Positions 33,509 through 44,148 of a DNA stretch of 64,000 nucleotides are shown piece after piece. Positions within the stretch are counted from its first letter, which is position 1. The number at the start of each line of letters is the position of its first letter. Below the pieces are notes generated by a model, which was given only the letters and a program-made list of their open reading frames with translations, made no database searches and was not told where the DNA came from. The translations under genes and the position numbers were made by a program. This DNA comes from an uncultured Nitrospinota bacterium (GTDB lineage Bacteria; Tectomicrobia; Entotheonellia; J063; CAVPRW01): contig CAVPRW010000039.1 of assembly GCA_963707985.1 (NCBI GenBank), forward strand, positions 48,443 through 112,442, read 5' to 3'.

Positions 33509-34542
33509 AGAGAGTCAAACCCACGACGATGGGTGCGCAACAGGTAAAGGAAAAAAGGCACCCCAACAAACGCGGTGATAATGCCCAGGCGCACCTCCTG
33601 AGGCCGCGCCAGGACACGGGCCACGAGATCGGCAAGGATGAGGAACAACGCTCCACCCAAAAAACTCAGCGGTAGGAGGCGATGGTGCTGGGGTCCGACC
33701 AGGAGACGCAACATATGCGGGACAACTAATCCGACGAAGCCGACCGTACCGCTGAGAGAGACCACCACGGCCGTGACTGCTGTGGCCAGCGTCAGCAAGA
33801 GCATTCGGCACCATTGCGCATCAACCCCAAGAGTCAGAGCGCGCTGTTCACCGCAGAGTAGAATATCCAGATCGCGGGTGAAGAGCAAGATGATCGCCGC
33901 GCCAAGGAGCACCACCGGGGTCGTGAGACGGACGTGGTCCCAACTACTGGCCTCCAGGCCACCCATCAGCCAGAAGAGGATCTCACGGATCATGCTGTCC
34001 CGTGATCGGGTGAGAATGAACGAGGTCAGAGCAGCGGTCAGCGAGCTCACCGCCACACCGCTCAGTAACAGGGTCGCAACCGGGGTCTTACCACCCGCGG
34101 TGGCCAAACCATAGACCAGGCCGGCCGCCGCCAGCCCTCCTAGAAAGGCGCAGCCTGGCAATATGAGGTAATGTTGCAGAGCCCACCCCAGGGTTAGCGC
34201 CAACACAGCCCCCAGGGCGGCCCCGCTAGACACCCCAAGGAGTCCTGGATCGGCCATGGGGTTTTGAAAGATCCCCTGCATTACTGTCCCTGACAGAGCC
34301 AACCCTCCCCCCACCAACGCTGCCATCAAGACGCGTGGCAAACGCACTTGCAGGATGATCGTCGCTTGCATGGGCGTCCAGGTTACTTCCTGGGTCAGAT
34401 GCAGTTGGTGGAGCAAGATGGCGATGGTACGCTCGAAAGGGACGTTCACACTGCCAATCGCTAGGGCGGCCACGACAACGAGTCCGAGCAAGCCACCGAG
34501 CAGTGCCACCGCGGCCGATACCGACACACTCTGTGGCTTCAT
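33505..34542 (-). CDS. Cobalamin/iron-complex ABC permease (BtuC/FecCD-like)
   Basis: RLPRV, FQNPMADPGLLGVSSGA, GFVGLVVPH. Confidence 0.93.
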   Translation of the reverse strand: MKPQSVSVSAAVALLGGLLGLVVVAALAIGSVNVPFERTIAILLHQLHLTQEVTWTPMQATIILQVRLPRVLMAALVGGGLALSGTVMQGIFQNPMADPGLLGVSSGAALGAVLALTLGWALQHYLILPGCAFLGGLAAAGLVYGLATAGGKTPVATLLLSGVAVSSLTAALTSFILTRSRDSMIREILFWLMGGLEASSWDHVRLTTPVVLLGAAIILLFTRDLDILLCGEQRALTLGVDAQWCRMLLLTLATAVTAVVVSLSGTVGFVGLVVPHMLRLLVGPQHHRLLPLSFLGGALFLILADLVARVLARPQEVRLGIITAFVGVPFFLYLLRTHRRGFDSL

Positions 34543-35597
34543 AGCTGCCCTCCGGGGTCGAAGGCGGTGCCATGTAACACGCGGGCGAATACTGCGACGC
34601 CGTCCACAATGAATTGTGAGATGGTCACCAGATACCGGCTGGGGATGGTATAGACTCTCCCATGTTGTACGGCATCGATTCCCTGTAGAGCCGGATGCAT
34701 CAGCACGGGGGGTAAGCCGCGTTCCCCATCCCGGTCGAAACTGCCGCTGACCATGACCTGAGGATTCATTGTCAACACCTGCTCGGCGGAGAGGTTGGCA
34801 GAACCGATCAGGCCATAAGTGGCAGCGAGATTCTCGCCGCCGGCATAGGTGATAAGATCGTCCATCGAGGTCATGCGGCCGGCCGTATAACCTTGTGAGC
34901 CCCAGTACAGCACACGGGGGCGCGTGCCAATCGGACGCAGCTGCTCCGTCAGGGCCTGCAGACGGGTCTCCATGGTGGCGACCAGGGCCTCTGCCTTGGC
35001 CTCTTCCCCCACCACCTGGCCGATGAGGCGAATATTTTGCTCCACCTCGGCAATCGAATCATATTCTTGGAATTGGAACAGCACCAACCCCGCAGCCTGG
35101 AGGAGCCTGATGAATTCCCCTCGTAAATAACTGGCCACGAAGACCAAGTCTGGCTGCAGGGAGATGATCTGCTCCGGATCGGCCCGTACTTTGTGAGGAA
35201 CAGCCGCCGCTTCCTGGGGCATATTGGATATACGTTCATCGACGGCCAGATAGGTGACGCCGAGTAACCGCGAGGGCCCGACCAGTGCCAGGAGAATTTC
35301 ATCCGTCGCCAGCGTCACCGAGACGATCCGGGTGGGTTTCTGAGGGAGCACTACGCGTCGACCGGTCTGATCGATCAGCACTTTGGGGAAACCATCCCCA
35401 GCCACTCGAGTCCCCTGATCCACAGTTGGAAAGGAGAAGGAAGCGGCTTGCCACAGAACGTAGAATCCCAGAGCCGTGGCCACAATGGCCAGCAACAATC
35501 CACTGAGCCGTGCCCCCTTCACAGGTGTCCTCCCTCGTTCTCTCCCTCGGCGTGGAGATCGTTGCTCAGAAATTGACTGCGACGCCGCCCCGCACAC
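34539..35597 (-). CDS. Periplasmic binding protein (BtuF-like)
   Basis: DQTGRRV...PTRIVS...DEILLAL; AGGENL. Confidence 0.88.
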   Translation of the reverse strand: MCGAASQSISEQRSPRRGRERGRTPVKGARLSGLLLAIVATALGFYVLWQAASFSFPTVDQGTRVAGDGFPKVLIDQTGRRVVLPQKPTRIVSVTLATDEILLALVGPSRLLGVTYLAVDERISNMPQEAAAVPHKVRADPEQIISLQPDLVFVASYLRGEFIRLLQAAGLVLFQFQEYDSIAEVEQNIRLIGQVVGEEAKAEALVATMETRLQALTEQLRPIGTRPRVLYWGSQGYTAGRMTSMDDLITYAGGENLAATYGLIGSANLSAEQVLTMNPQVMVSGSFDRDGERGLPPVLMHPALQGIDAVQHGRVYTIPSRYLVTISQFIVDGVAVFARVLHGTAFDPGGQL

Positions 35598-36933
35598 TAG
35601 TCCCTGGTTGCGAAAAGCCTAACACCTGCTCATAGTCGGCGTCCAGTAGGTTGTCGATTTTCAGCTGTAGCCGTAGGCTCCTCATGTGCCAGACGTTTTG
35701 CAACACCACATACGAGCCCGCCAAGCCAATGGTCGTATACCCAGGCAACGTCACCCGTGGGGAGCCAGGTTGACTGAAATCCCGATCGCGGGACGAACCC
35801 ACCACATTGGCGATGAACGCCACCGTCCAGCAGTCCCCGAGATACGACAGCACGACACTCCCTTGATTCTTCGGGCGGCGTAGCAGCGGTTGTCCCACTG
35901 GGAACGCCGTTCCGCCGATGCCTCCATCCTGTTGTAGGACCTTGGTCTCCAGAAACGTATAGCTGCCGTCTAGCCGGAACTGCCAGGGCAACAGCACCTG
36001 AAAACCGGCCTCGACACCGCTCGACTCCGCCTTGCCAACATTCAGGAAACTGACCCCTGGACCACTGACGAAGGTAATCAGGTCCTTATACGTGTTATTG
36101 AAATAGGTCGCGGTGAGCAGGCCGCGGCCATTAAAGAACGGCTGATCCAGACCAATCTCCCAACTCTCGGACTCCTCGGGTTGGAGATTGGGGTTGCCGA
36201 CGACAAACGGGCTGCCCGTACCGAAATTTTCGACAAAGCTGGGAGCGCGGATGCCGGTGGCATAGCTCCCACGCAGCTTGGTCTGGGTCCAGGGGAGGGT
36301 ATACGAGGCCGCGACTCGTGGATTGGTATCTACGCCAAAGGTTGAGCTGTCTTCGACCCGAACGCCAGCCTGCAGCGTCGCCTGTTTCCGCCAATTCAGC
36401 AAGAATTGCGTGTAATAGCCTTGCTCCGTGCGTGAGGGCTCGGTGGTATCGGTCGTCGATTCAAAGGTCGAGCGCTGGTCTAATTTATCCTCCGTGGCCT
36501 CGATGCCGAGGGTCCAGGTCGTTGCCACCTGATAAAACTCTGGCAGGGTCATGTTCCAGTAATAGTTCAGGAGTAATCGCTGTTCCAGACTGTCAGAGTC
36601 AAAATCACCAAAGTCGACAGGAGGACCATTATTGTGGTCTACGAACTGGGACTCGATACGATTATATCCCAGGAGGAGCACCTGCTCCCACCATTGGGAA
36701 ATCGCGTGAGTGGTCCGCAGCGACAGGACGAGACGTTGCCGATCCGAATATTGGTCGGGATCGAGGGGACTGAGTCGATCGCCAGCCGACTCCGTCGGAA
36801 ACTCGAAATGGCTGTCGCTATAGCGTGCGCTGAACGCCAGTTTCAGCGCCTCGATGGGCTGGTAGTCGAGGGCTGAGCTGATGGTGAAATCGCGATAGGA
36901 GTTGTTGATCGGCAAAAACCCCGACGTGCTTAC
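35566..36933 (-). pseudogene. TonB-dependent receptor (BtuB-like), 5'-truncated at an IS end
   Basis: Barrel motifs GNPNLQPEESESWEIG, LLRRPKN, IDNLLDADY and terminal F; frame runs into the IS IR at 36934; no signal peptide or plug. Confidence 0.88.
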
Positions 36934-38626
36934 ATAGTGGTCACTAATTTATTCAGGCATTGCAATGATTGACTTTACGGCATCTCAAGCGCAGCCGTCG
37001 GCGGAACTGGCGTGCTCGCTTCGACAAGCGATATTCGTGGATGCGGACCAATGTCGCCGCGTGGTGCGCCATGACGGCCATCCCTGTGTGTACGATCGCG
37101 CCACGATGCCCTTTGTAGGTGACGCGGGCAGCTCCACGGGACAGCAGGCTGGCCATGATGCTTTCCACGACGGGTCGGCTGTATCCACACGCGTACGCGA
37201 GCTCCACCTGGCACGGGGTCAGTGCTTGAGGCACGCCCTCCGCGTTCAGAAGACGCCGGACGTCCTCCGGCGTGGGCGACGGAGGGAGGGGTTCGACCGT
37301 TTTGGGGATCCCCACGGTGAGAATGCCTTGTTGATGCAACACTTCTCGCAGGGCGGCATCATTGAATGCCAGATCGCCAGCCAGCGAGCGGATGGTGGGT
37401 CGGGGGAAAGTCGCCACTCGCGCAATCGCCTGCTGCACGTGGTCGACCAACGGCTCCACATAGCGGCTGTCACCGGGATTGCCCACGGGCAGATGCAGGG
37501 CAACGATAAAGCCAGCGGCTGGCTCGGCGATCATCCCGGGTTTGCGGCCAAACTGGGCGGGGCCATGACTCTTACCTTTGCACATGGGCGCAATCGTGGG
37601 ATCGTACGCGTTGACGATCTTGCAATGGGACAAGGCCTTGCCCTGCATCAGGCGTCGCGATTGGTGTGCGATCCGGTGATAGGCCTCAAGCGCGACCGTG
37701 AGCTGGGTGTCCAGACGCGCCTGCTGCGCTTCCGACAGCGGCGGCGCGCCGTGCAGGCATACCTGGGCGGCTCGGGCCAGCGTCAGGACCGGCTCTCCTA
37801 TCGCCAGCAATGGCCTCTCGGTCTGGCGCACCAATGTCACAAACACCTTCCCCATCCCTCGGCACTGGCGACCGAAGCGACGCATCACCTGCTGGAGTTC
37901 GTACTGGAGTTGCTGGGCTTGCACCTGCAGCGCCGTGCCCCTGGTGGCGCACGGCAGGGTTATGGCCGTGGTGATCTGGAGGACTTTTTTTGGGCCTTAT
38001 ACAACGTGGCCGCGTCATTGACGCGTTGGCTGCCCTGCTCACGGGGAAAGGTGTCGACCACCAGGTGCGCGGGGCTGACCAGCCCGTCTTCCATCGCGGC
38101 CGCCGCCTGGATCGCCAGCAGTTCCGCCATCAAGGGCTCATCGAGGCGACGGCGAAACTGGGCCAGCACCTCCGGCAGCACAACATGTTCCTGGGACCCA
38201 TCCACCTGGACCTCGCGGATCCCACAGGCATACATCACCGCCAGGTCGGTCCGCACTCGGCTACAGATCTGTGCATCGGAGCAGGCCAGCTCATGTTTGA
38301 GAAGTTCCAGCGCCAATAACACCCGGGTCGAGACGGGCGGACGTCCCCGCATGCTGGGTTTGGGGAACCGCTGGGCGAACGAGCGCTCCACGGCGGCGAC
38401 CAGGGCCACCCACGGAAACGTCTCGGCCCATTGGCGAATGGGGTGCGTTTCGGGGACGAAGTCTGCCACCTGCAAACACGGGCCTCGGCCCGTCAGCCAA
38501 TGCTGGAGGTATTGTAAGAGCGGCATCGTTGGCTCTCCATAGAGTAGGGCGGAAGAGAGCCTCAGCAGACGACGATCCGATCCACAGGACAATCCCCTCG
38601 TGAGAGAATAAATTAGTGGTCACTAT
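36934..38626 (-). mobile_element. IS5-like element with two-ORF transposase (38526..37960 and up to 36953)
   Basis: 21-bp IRs (ATAGTGGTCACTAATTTATTC / GAATAAATTAGTGGTCACTAT, 2 mismatches); DUF772-like RGRPPVSTR; KGKSHGPAQFGRK; A-AAA-AAG slippery site at 37984-37990. Confidence 0.88.
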
Positions 38627-38781
38627 ATAGGTCGGTCTCCTGACTCGCGGATCAGTCTACTTGCCAACGCCTTCCCGGCCGTTCGACGGCTAGTGGCTCG
38701 TCCAGTTGGCTTTCGTCCCCGCATACAGTGGCGCGTCCGTGAGGGAATCACACCCTCTTCCCGCAAGCGTTCCCTATATAG
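38623..38781 (-). ncRNA. Cobalamin riboswitch aptamer 1
   Basis: GGGAAGAGGGTGTGATTCCCTCACGGACGCGCCACTGT...GCCACT...GGGAAG...AGTCAGGAGACC; P1 CTATATAGG/CCTATATAG. Confidence 0.93.
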
Positions 38782-38939
38782 TCGCTGGCGCGAAATTCGC
38801 AATTGCTGAAATCTTCGGGATTTAGGATTTAGTGATCCGCTCAGACTGTCCATACATAGACTACACCCTCATCGCACCCGTAAGTGTATACCACCGCGGA
38901 AGTTACCCCGAGAGATACCGTAGGTATAAGAGCGTCACT

Positions 38940-40976
38940 CTATTTGCCCCTGCCTCCGCTAAGTCTCAGCACTCCCCAGGTATTTGGCCCGCCAAACTCC
39001 GTCGCTGCCCAGTAATAGTCTATCGCGTCCTGCCAGTTTCGAACAAAAACATTGCCCAACATCTCAGGCGCGTTGACCGGGTCAAACCCTTTCAGCATCT
39101 TCGCCGGCACAACCATCTCCAACGTATAGCCGTTCTTCCACATCCGCGCCGCGTATTTTATATCGCTGCCGTCCACAATGTGGTCTGCAATCGCGTCACC
39201 CGGCTGGTGCCACTGTACTACCGTCCCTCCGCTGGCCTGCTTGACATTCGGCAGAAAAATAAAATTACGGCAATACTGGTCATACCATTTCTGCCCGGGC
39301 TCGACCAGCCGTGTCGAAAACCACAGCTCCACGTAGTCAAAACTCTTTGCCCGCCAGATGTGCTCACGAGGTATCTCATCTATGGCAAAACTCTGTATCT
39401 CCTTATCGTACACCTGCACCCCGATATAGATCCCTTCCTCCGACCAGCCCAGAAACACCTTCGGCGACACAAGCTCATCCGACCGCTCAATGCCGACCTT
39501 TTGCACGTACGGAAGGTCGTCCAGGCTGGACTGCTCGGGCCACTCGTCCAAAGATCCGTCTATGCTCATGCTCCCTTTCGTATAGGGCACATCAAATACA
39601 GGTCTCTCCCCCGCAGACGCCTTCCACATATCCTCCCCCGCGCCGCCGGCACTTGTTGCATGCAGCTTGTTCAGCCAAGGCCTCGTCGCCCGAATCGCCT
39701 TGACGAGCTTCTTGTATGGCTTGTCGTGCACGTCCACCACGCCGAAATTGACGTCCTCCCCGTCCTCCCGCCCCGACGGTGGCTCATCGTTCCACTGAAA
39801 CCAGTCCGCCCCGATGATATACGGCACCCGCGCCATCCGCGTCGTGAAAAGCCTGTACCCGTCAGCCCTGGCCTGCTGGTCGATGACGTGACCCCATATA
39901 AAACCGCCGAAGTTCTTGTTCCCGCTCCTGCCGTCCAACGCATGAAACGCATATTCCGATATCACAATCGGCTGCTGCGCCTGGTGGTACATCGCCTCGA
40001 AAAGCTCTCTGTCTAATTGGGCATCCGCCGCATAAATGTTTATCGACTGAACGTCCGTCAAACCGCGGGATGCGCTGAACAGCTCCACCGGCGCACCACC
40101 CCTGTAGCGAGCGCCCAGTATCAAATGGTGTGGGTCATACCTGCGAATCAGTTCGGTCGTCAGCTTAAAATAATCCCTCGCCAAATGATAGACCCACGCA
40201 CTGGCCAATTTCACGTGTGCGCTCGCAGGCTGCCTCGGCAGTTCTTTCCATCCCTCAAGGTCTTCCCAGCTATGCAAATGCACTTCCCAGTCCTTGTTAA
40301 ATGCTTCGACGCTCTCCCATACGCCTTGGATGACTTTCATCACTTCCCGGCGGTTCGGATTGTCGCGCTCTAGACCGTCGAAATAATGCCCCGCTCCACC
40401 GAAGTCGCCCTTCCAGTCCAGTTCATTGTCGATAAAATACCCCACGACGTTTTTGTTGTCCCGCAGTGCCACCACTTGCCCTTTAATGATCTCTTCAGCA
40501 GCACCTGCCCAATCGCTGTCATAGAAAAGCTTGCTCTTGTTTATCGAGCTCCATACGTTCAAAGCACGCGACATGGCGACGTTATACTTGTGAAACACTG
40601 GGCTGCACCACGCTCCCAAACCCTTAAATCCGGCCCCATGTACCCGCTTAAGCGTCTTGGCCGCCCACGCATCATGGTTCCCGCCTTCTCTGTATGGCCC
40701 GCCATTCCAGTCCCGCGAAACAAAATGCGGCCCTGCCTGGGCGCTGCCTCTCTGGGCAGGATGGACGTGCGTGACCGTATTGAGAAACTCCTTCTGACCC
40801 TCAGGCGATAAAAACCACCACACGCCGCCCTCGGTCTGTGCGACACGCCAGAACCCTGCCTTTCCCCGAACCTCCTTGAACTGATCTGTCCCGCCGACAG
40901 CGAATGCCCCAAACACAAACACTATGCAAATGGCCAAAACCATACAGCCAAAGCGCATTTTCGTCGTTCTCTTCAT
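38940..40976 (-). CDS. Secreted GH50 (beta-agarase-like) glycoside hydrolase with C-terminal CBM9/DOMON-like domain
   Basis: WWFLSPEG, GYFIDNELDW, DPHHLILGARY, ISEY, GADWFQWNDEP...DGEDVNFG; IDGSLDEW...YTLEMVVP. Confidence 0.82.
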   Translation of the reverse strand: MKRTTKMRFGCMVLAICIVFVFGAFAVGGTDQFKEVRGKAGFWRVAQTEGGVWWFLSPEGQKEFLNTVTHVHPAQRGSAQAGPHFVSRDWNGGPYREGGNHDAWAAKTLKRVHGAGFKGLGAWCSPVFHKYNVAMSRALNVWSSINKSKLFYDSDWAGAAEEIIKGQVVALRDNKNVVGYFIDNELDWKGDFGGAGHYFDGLERDNPNRREVMKVIQGVWESVEAFNKDWEVHLHSWEDLEGWKELPRQPASAHVKLASAWVYHLARDYFKLTTELIRRYDPHHLILGARYRGGAPVELFSASRGLTDVQSINIYAADAQLDRELFEAMYHQAQQPIVISEYAFHALDGRSGNKNFGGFIWGHVIDQQARADGYRLFTTRMARVPYIIGADWFQWNDEPPSGREDGEDVNFGVVDVHDKPYKKLVKAIRATRPWLNKLHATSAGGAGEDMWKASAGERPVFDVPYTKGSMSIDGSLDEWPEQSSLDDLPYVQKVGIERSDELVSPKVFLGWSEEGIYIGVQVYDKEIQSFAIDEIPREHIWRAKSFDYVELWFSTRLVEPGQKWYDQYCRNFIFLPNVKQASGGTVVQWHQPGDAIADHIVDGSDIKYAARMWKNGYTLEMVVPAKMLKGFDPVNAPEMLGNVFVRNWQDAIDYYWAATEFGGPNTWGVLRLSGGRGK

Positions 40977-41132
40977 TTTTCTGCTCCACAGGTAATGGAA
41001 GCATTAGTCGCTGCGCAAAATTGGGATAGACACCAACCACAGAGTGAGGGGTTGCAATTGTGCGAGAACTATGATGCCTTCATTGTCACGGGTCAACCTA
41101 ACCAGAACACATGCAACCGAGAAGGCATCCTC

Positions 41133-42534
41133 ATGAGCATCGGTTTCTCTGGGCTCGACACCCCCTGCTGTGTGCAGCCCGTGACCATCGACGTTCCACC
41201 CACCCATCCTTTGATCCAACTGGCCCAGGTCATCCCCTGGCAAGCCCTCGCCGATATGGTGCTACCAGAATCTGAAGTGCACCACGGCCAAGGGGAAATG
41301 GTGGCTCGGCAGACAACTCACGTTGCGTATCCACCTCGGGGCTTTCCTCCTCCAGTGGCTCTACAACCTCACCGATCGACAGGTTGACTGGGCTATCAAG
41401 GACCATGCCGCCTACCAGCTCTTCTGTGGGCGGGGTGTTGTGGACCACTGGCGTGCACCTGACCATACCAAGATTGAAGAGTTTCGCTCGCGTCTGTCAC
41501 CTGAGACGCAGCGACAAGTTGCCAATCGGGTCGCCGTCTGGGCAACAGAGTTCGGTTTTGCAGACCCCTCGAAAATGGATATTGATTCCACGATCCAAGA
41601 AGCCAATATCGCTTATCCGTCTGATGCTCAGCTGATGGTCAAGATGACGCTGTTGGTCAACAAGGTTTGGACGTACATGAAGGAGAACGTATCGTTCTTT
41701 GCCGACTTTATCCCAAGTGTTGATGTGAAAGCGGTGAAAGCCAAAGCCAGGGCCTACTGGTTTCGTGACCGTAAGAATGTGGATGGGACGCAGCGCTTAT
41801 TTCAAGACCTCTGGCATGAAGCCTTCACTCAGATCAATCATGTCCGGAAATACTTCCAGATCCTGCTTGATTACGATATTGACCACATGCCCTGGAACAT
41901 TCGTCGGGCGTTTGATCAGATTAACGCGCACTGTTCTGACCTTTTTCTCAACGTGGCGAGTTTTATGTGTCGTGGGGAGATGGTTCCTGACAAAGCCTTA
42001 TCGTTCCATGCTCAGGCGGTAAGTTGCTTTAACAAAGGTAAGCTCTCCAAGGGCTTGCAATTCGGGCGTGCCTTCCAGCTCGGGCGTATCGGGGGCAACT
42101 TCCTTCTTGTGGGCGCGTGTACCTCACTCCGGATGGAGGACAAAACCTCGGTTCGCCCCATGATCATCGAACATCAGGGGCTCTTTGGCGACGAGACATT
42201 GATGTCATGCGGGACAGACAAAGGCTATTACAGTGGAGCCAATCACAAGTATCTGCGGTCGTTAGAAGGGCTCAAGGAATGCTGCCTTCAGCAACCTGGA
42301 CTCGATTCCCGTAGTCTATCGGAAGACGACGCGGAGACCTACACCCGTCTTGTGAACCGCCGGGCGGGCATCGAGCCCCTGATCGGCCACGCCAAACACG
42401 GCGGTCAGCTCGGCACAAGTCGCATGAAACAAGACGACACCACCCTGGCAGCGGGCTATGGCGCAATTGGAGGCTTCAACCTGCGCCAACTTCTTCGGCA
42501 CCTGCTTGGAAAAGACATCAAGACGATGGGGTGA
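41133..42534 (+). pseudogene. IS5-like DDE transposase with frameshift near 41270
   Basis: HPLIQLAQVIPW in one frame, then LYNLTDRQ, IDSTIQEANIAYPSD, DKGY, RRAGIEPLIGHAK in another. Confidence 0.85.
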
Positions 42535-42681
42535 AAAGGAGAATGGAACGGCACAGAGCCCTGGAAAGGAGTTCAAACATTCCAATCCTTTGAGATTCAG
42601 GGGGTTCGAATTTCGCGCCAGCGACTATATAGCAGTGCACATCTATGTCACACAGCAGACAATCATGTTACACGGTTGATG

Positions 42682-42906
42682 TCAAGCGATTTTTGCCTGA
42701 TAGCCCAGTTGTTCCAGCTTCGCCCGGACTTGCTCGGCACCCACCTGGCTCGGATCGATCGTCACTCGCACCTGCTGCGTGGTGGCATTGGCTTGCACCT
42801 CTTGGACGCCGGGAAGACGCCGCAGCACATTACTGACGCGCTGCTCACACCCGGCACAATGCATCTTCTCCTCACCCGTCACCACGAACTCCAGCGTCTG
42901 TACCAT
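42682..42906 (-). CDS. copZ: Heavy-metal-associated chaperone (CopZ-like)
   Basis: MHCAGC motif; GGGAGG RBS; LEQLGY. Confidence 0.88.
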   Translation of the reverse strand: MVQTLEFVVTGEEKMHCAGCEQRVSNVLRRLPGVQEVQANATTQQVRVTIDPSQVGAEQVRAKLEQLGYQAKIA

Positions 42907-43353
42907 GACCTAGACCTCCCTTCGTCGATGATCTCTCGGTCACTGGTGGACCACATCTGTTCTGCCAAGCCTAGCATACTCGTACATCAACCTCCACTTG
43001 TGCCTCGTCTCGATGCAGCAAGTTTTTCCTCCGGACTGGAACAAAATTTCCTACATCGCCCGATCGACATGTGGGGGCATGCACCGACCAAGAGTGTTCT
43101 CCGTACCTCACCGCTCCTTGCATAGGGTGGCAGGCTTGGCGGGGAGACAGGTGATTGGCGTCTGAACGTCGTGCAGGCGCGGGGTGACAGTGAATGTCTT
43201 GACGCTACACCGGCAATACGGGACAATGAGCCTGCCAGCAGTGGTCGAGTTCCGGTCTATGCTCGTCCGCGACCGCTGTTATGCTTATCCCGCTGAGACT
43301 TGAAGGAGATATAGGCGGACGTTATTCTCCTGGCTTATACTGAAGGAGGGGGC

Positions 43354-44148
43354 ATGGATAGCTTGACGATACCGCTGTCAGAGGAAGTCCCACGTGCCAT
43401 CCAGGCACTTGATTTCGCGCAGACGCACCGCACGTATTGGGAACAGAACGAATGCATTTTCCTCGAACAGTTTCTGCCGCCCGAGGTGGTTGAACACCAC
43501 TTCCTACCGGACGTCGAGCAGCTCCGCTCTGAGGTACATCGCAACTACATCCCGAAACACAAGAAGGGGGGAAGCGTCAGCTACTACACCCTGGTGGAGA
43601 AGGCGCCGCTTTTCATCAAGTTGTATCGCTCCTCGGTGTTTATCGATTTCATCAGTCGGCTGGTCGGGGTAGGGGTGATGCCTTGCCCAGACGATGACCC
43701 GCATGCTTGTGCCCTCTATTTTTACACCGAACCAGGCGACCATATCGGCTTCCACTACGATACCTCGTATTATAAGGGTGCGCGATACACCATCCTAATG
43801 GGGCTCGTGCAACGCTCCGAACAATGTCGATTGATCTGTCAGCTCTATAAAGGGGATTCCACACGCGCGATGCAGGAGCTCCGGCTGGCCACCCCCCCTG
43901 GCGCTATGGTGATCTTCAATGGCAATAAGCTCTGGCACGCGATTTCCCCGCTCGAAGCAGGAGCGGAGCGCATTGTTCTCACCATGGAATATGTCACCAA
44001 CCCGGCGATGGGCCCTTTCCACCGGTTCATCTCGAATATGAAAGATGCCGTTGCCTATTTTGGCTTCTCGGCTGTCCTGCGTGGGGGGCTATCTCGTCAA
44101 CGCAGGCCTACCCCGGCGCGTACCCCAAGACCGCCAGGTCAATCCTGA
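43354..44148 (+). CDS. 2OG-Fe(II) oxygenase
   Basis: GFHYD (HxD), LWHAISP, distal R in ERIVLTM. Confidence 0.85.
   Translation: MDSLTIPLSEEVPRAIQALDFAQTHRTYWEQNECIFLEQFLPPEVVEHHFLPDVEQLRSEVHRNYIPKHKKGGSVSYYTLVEKAPLFIKLYRSSVFIDFISRLVGVGVMPCPDDDPHACALYFYTEPGDHIGFHYDTSYYKGARYTILMGLVQRSEQCRLICQLYKGDSTRAMQELRLATPPGAMVIFNGNKLWHAISPLEAGAERIVLTMEYVTNPAMGPFHRFISNMKDAVAYFGFSAVLRGGLSRQRRPTPARTPRPPGQS

Larger units (their letters stand above)
38774..42632. mobile_element. Composite/cargo transposon bounded by perfect 26-bp inverted repeats
   Basis: CTATATAGTCGCTGGCGCGAAATTCG at 38774-38799 and its exact reverse complement at 42607-42632; third degenerate end at 41005-41024. Confidence 0.85.

Noticed and set aside
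36965..38542. 525-aa plus-strand ORF spanning the IS
   Set aside because: Antisense shadow with no motifs.
38832..40016. 394-aa plus-strand ORF
   Set aside because: Antisense to the glycoside hydrolase.
42680..42685. TTGACA -35 box upstream of the reconstructed riboswitch 1 leader (also at 60049-60054 for riboswitch 2)
   Set aside because: No convincing -10 box at 16-18 nt spacing; the first overlaps the copZ stop codon.
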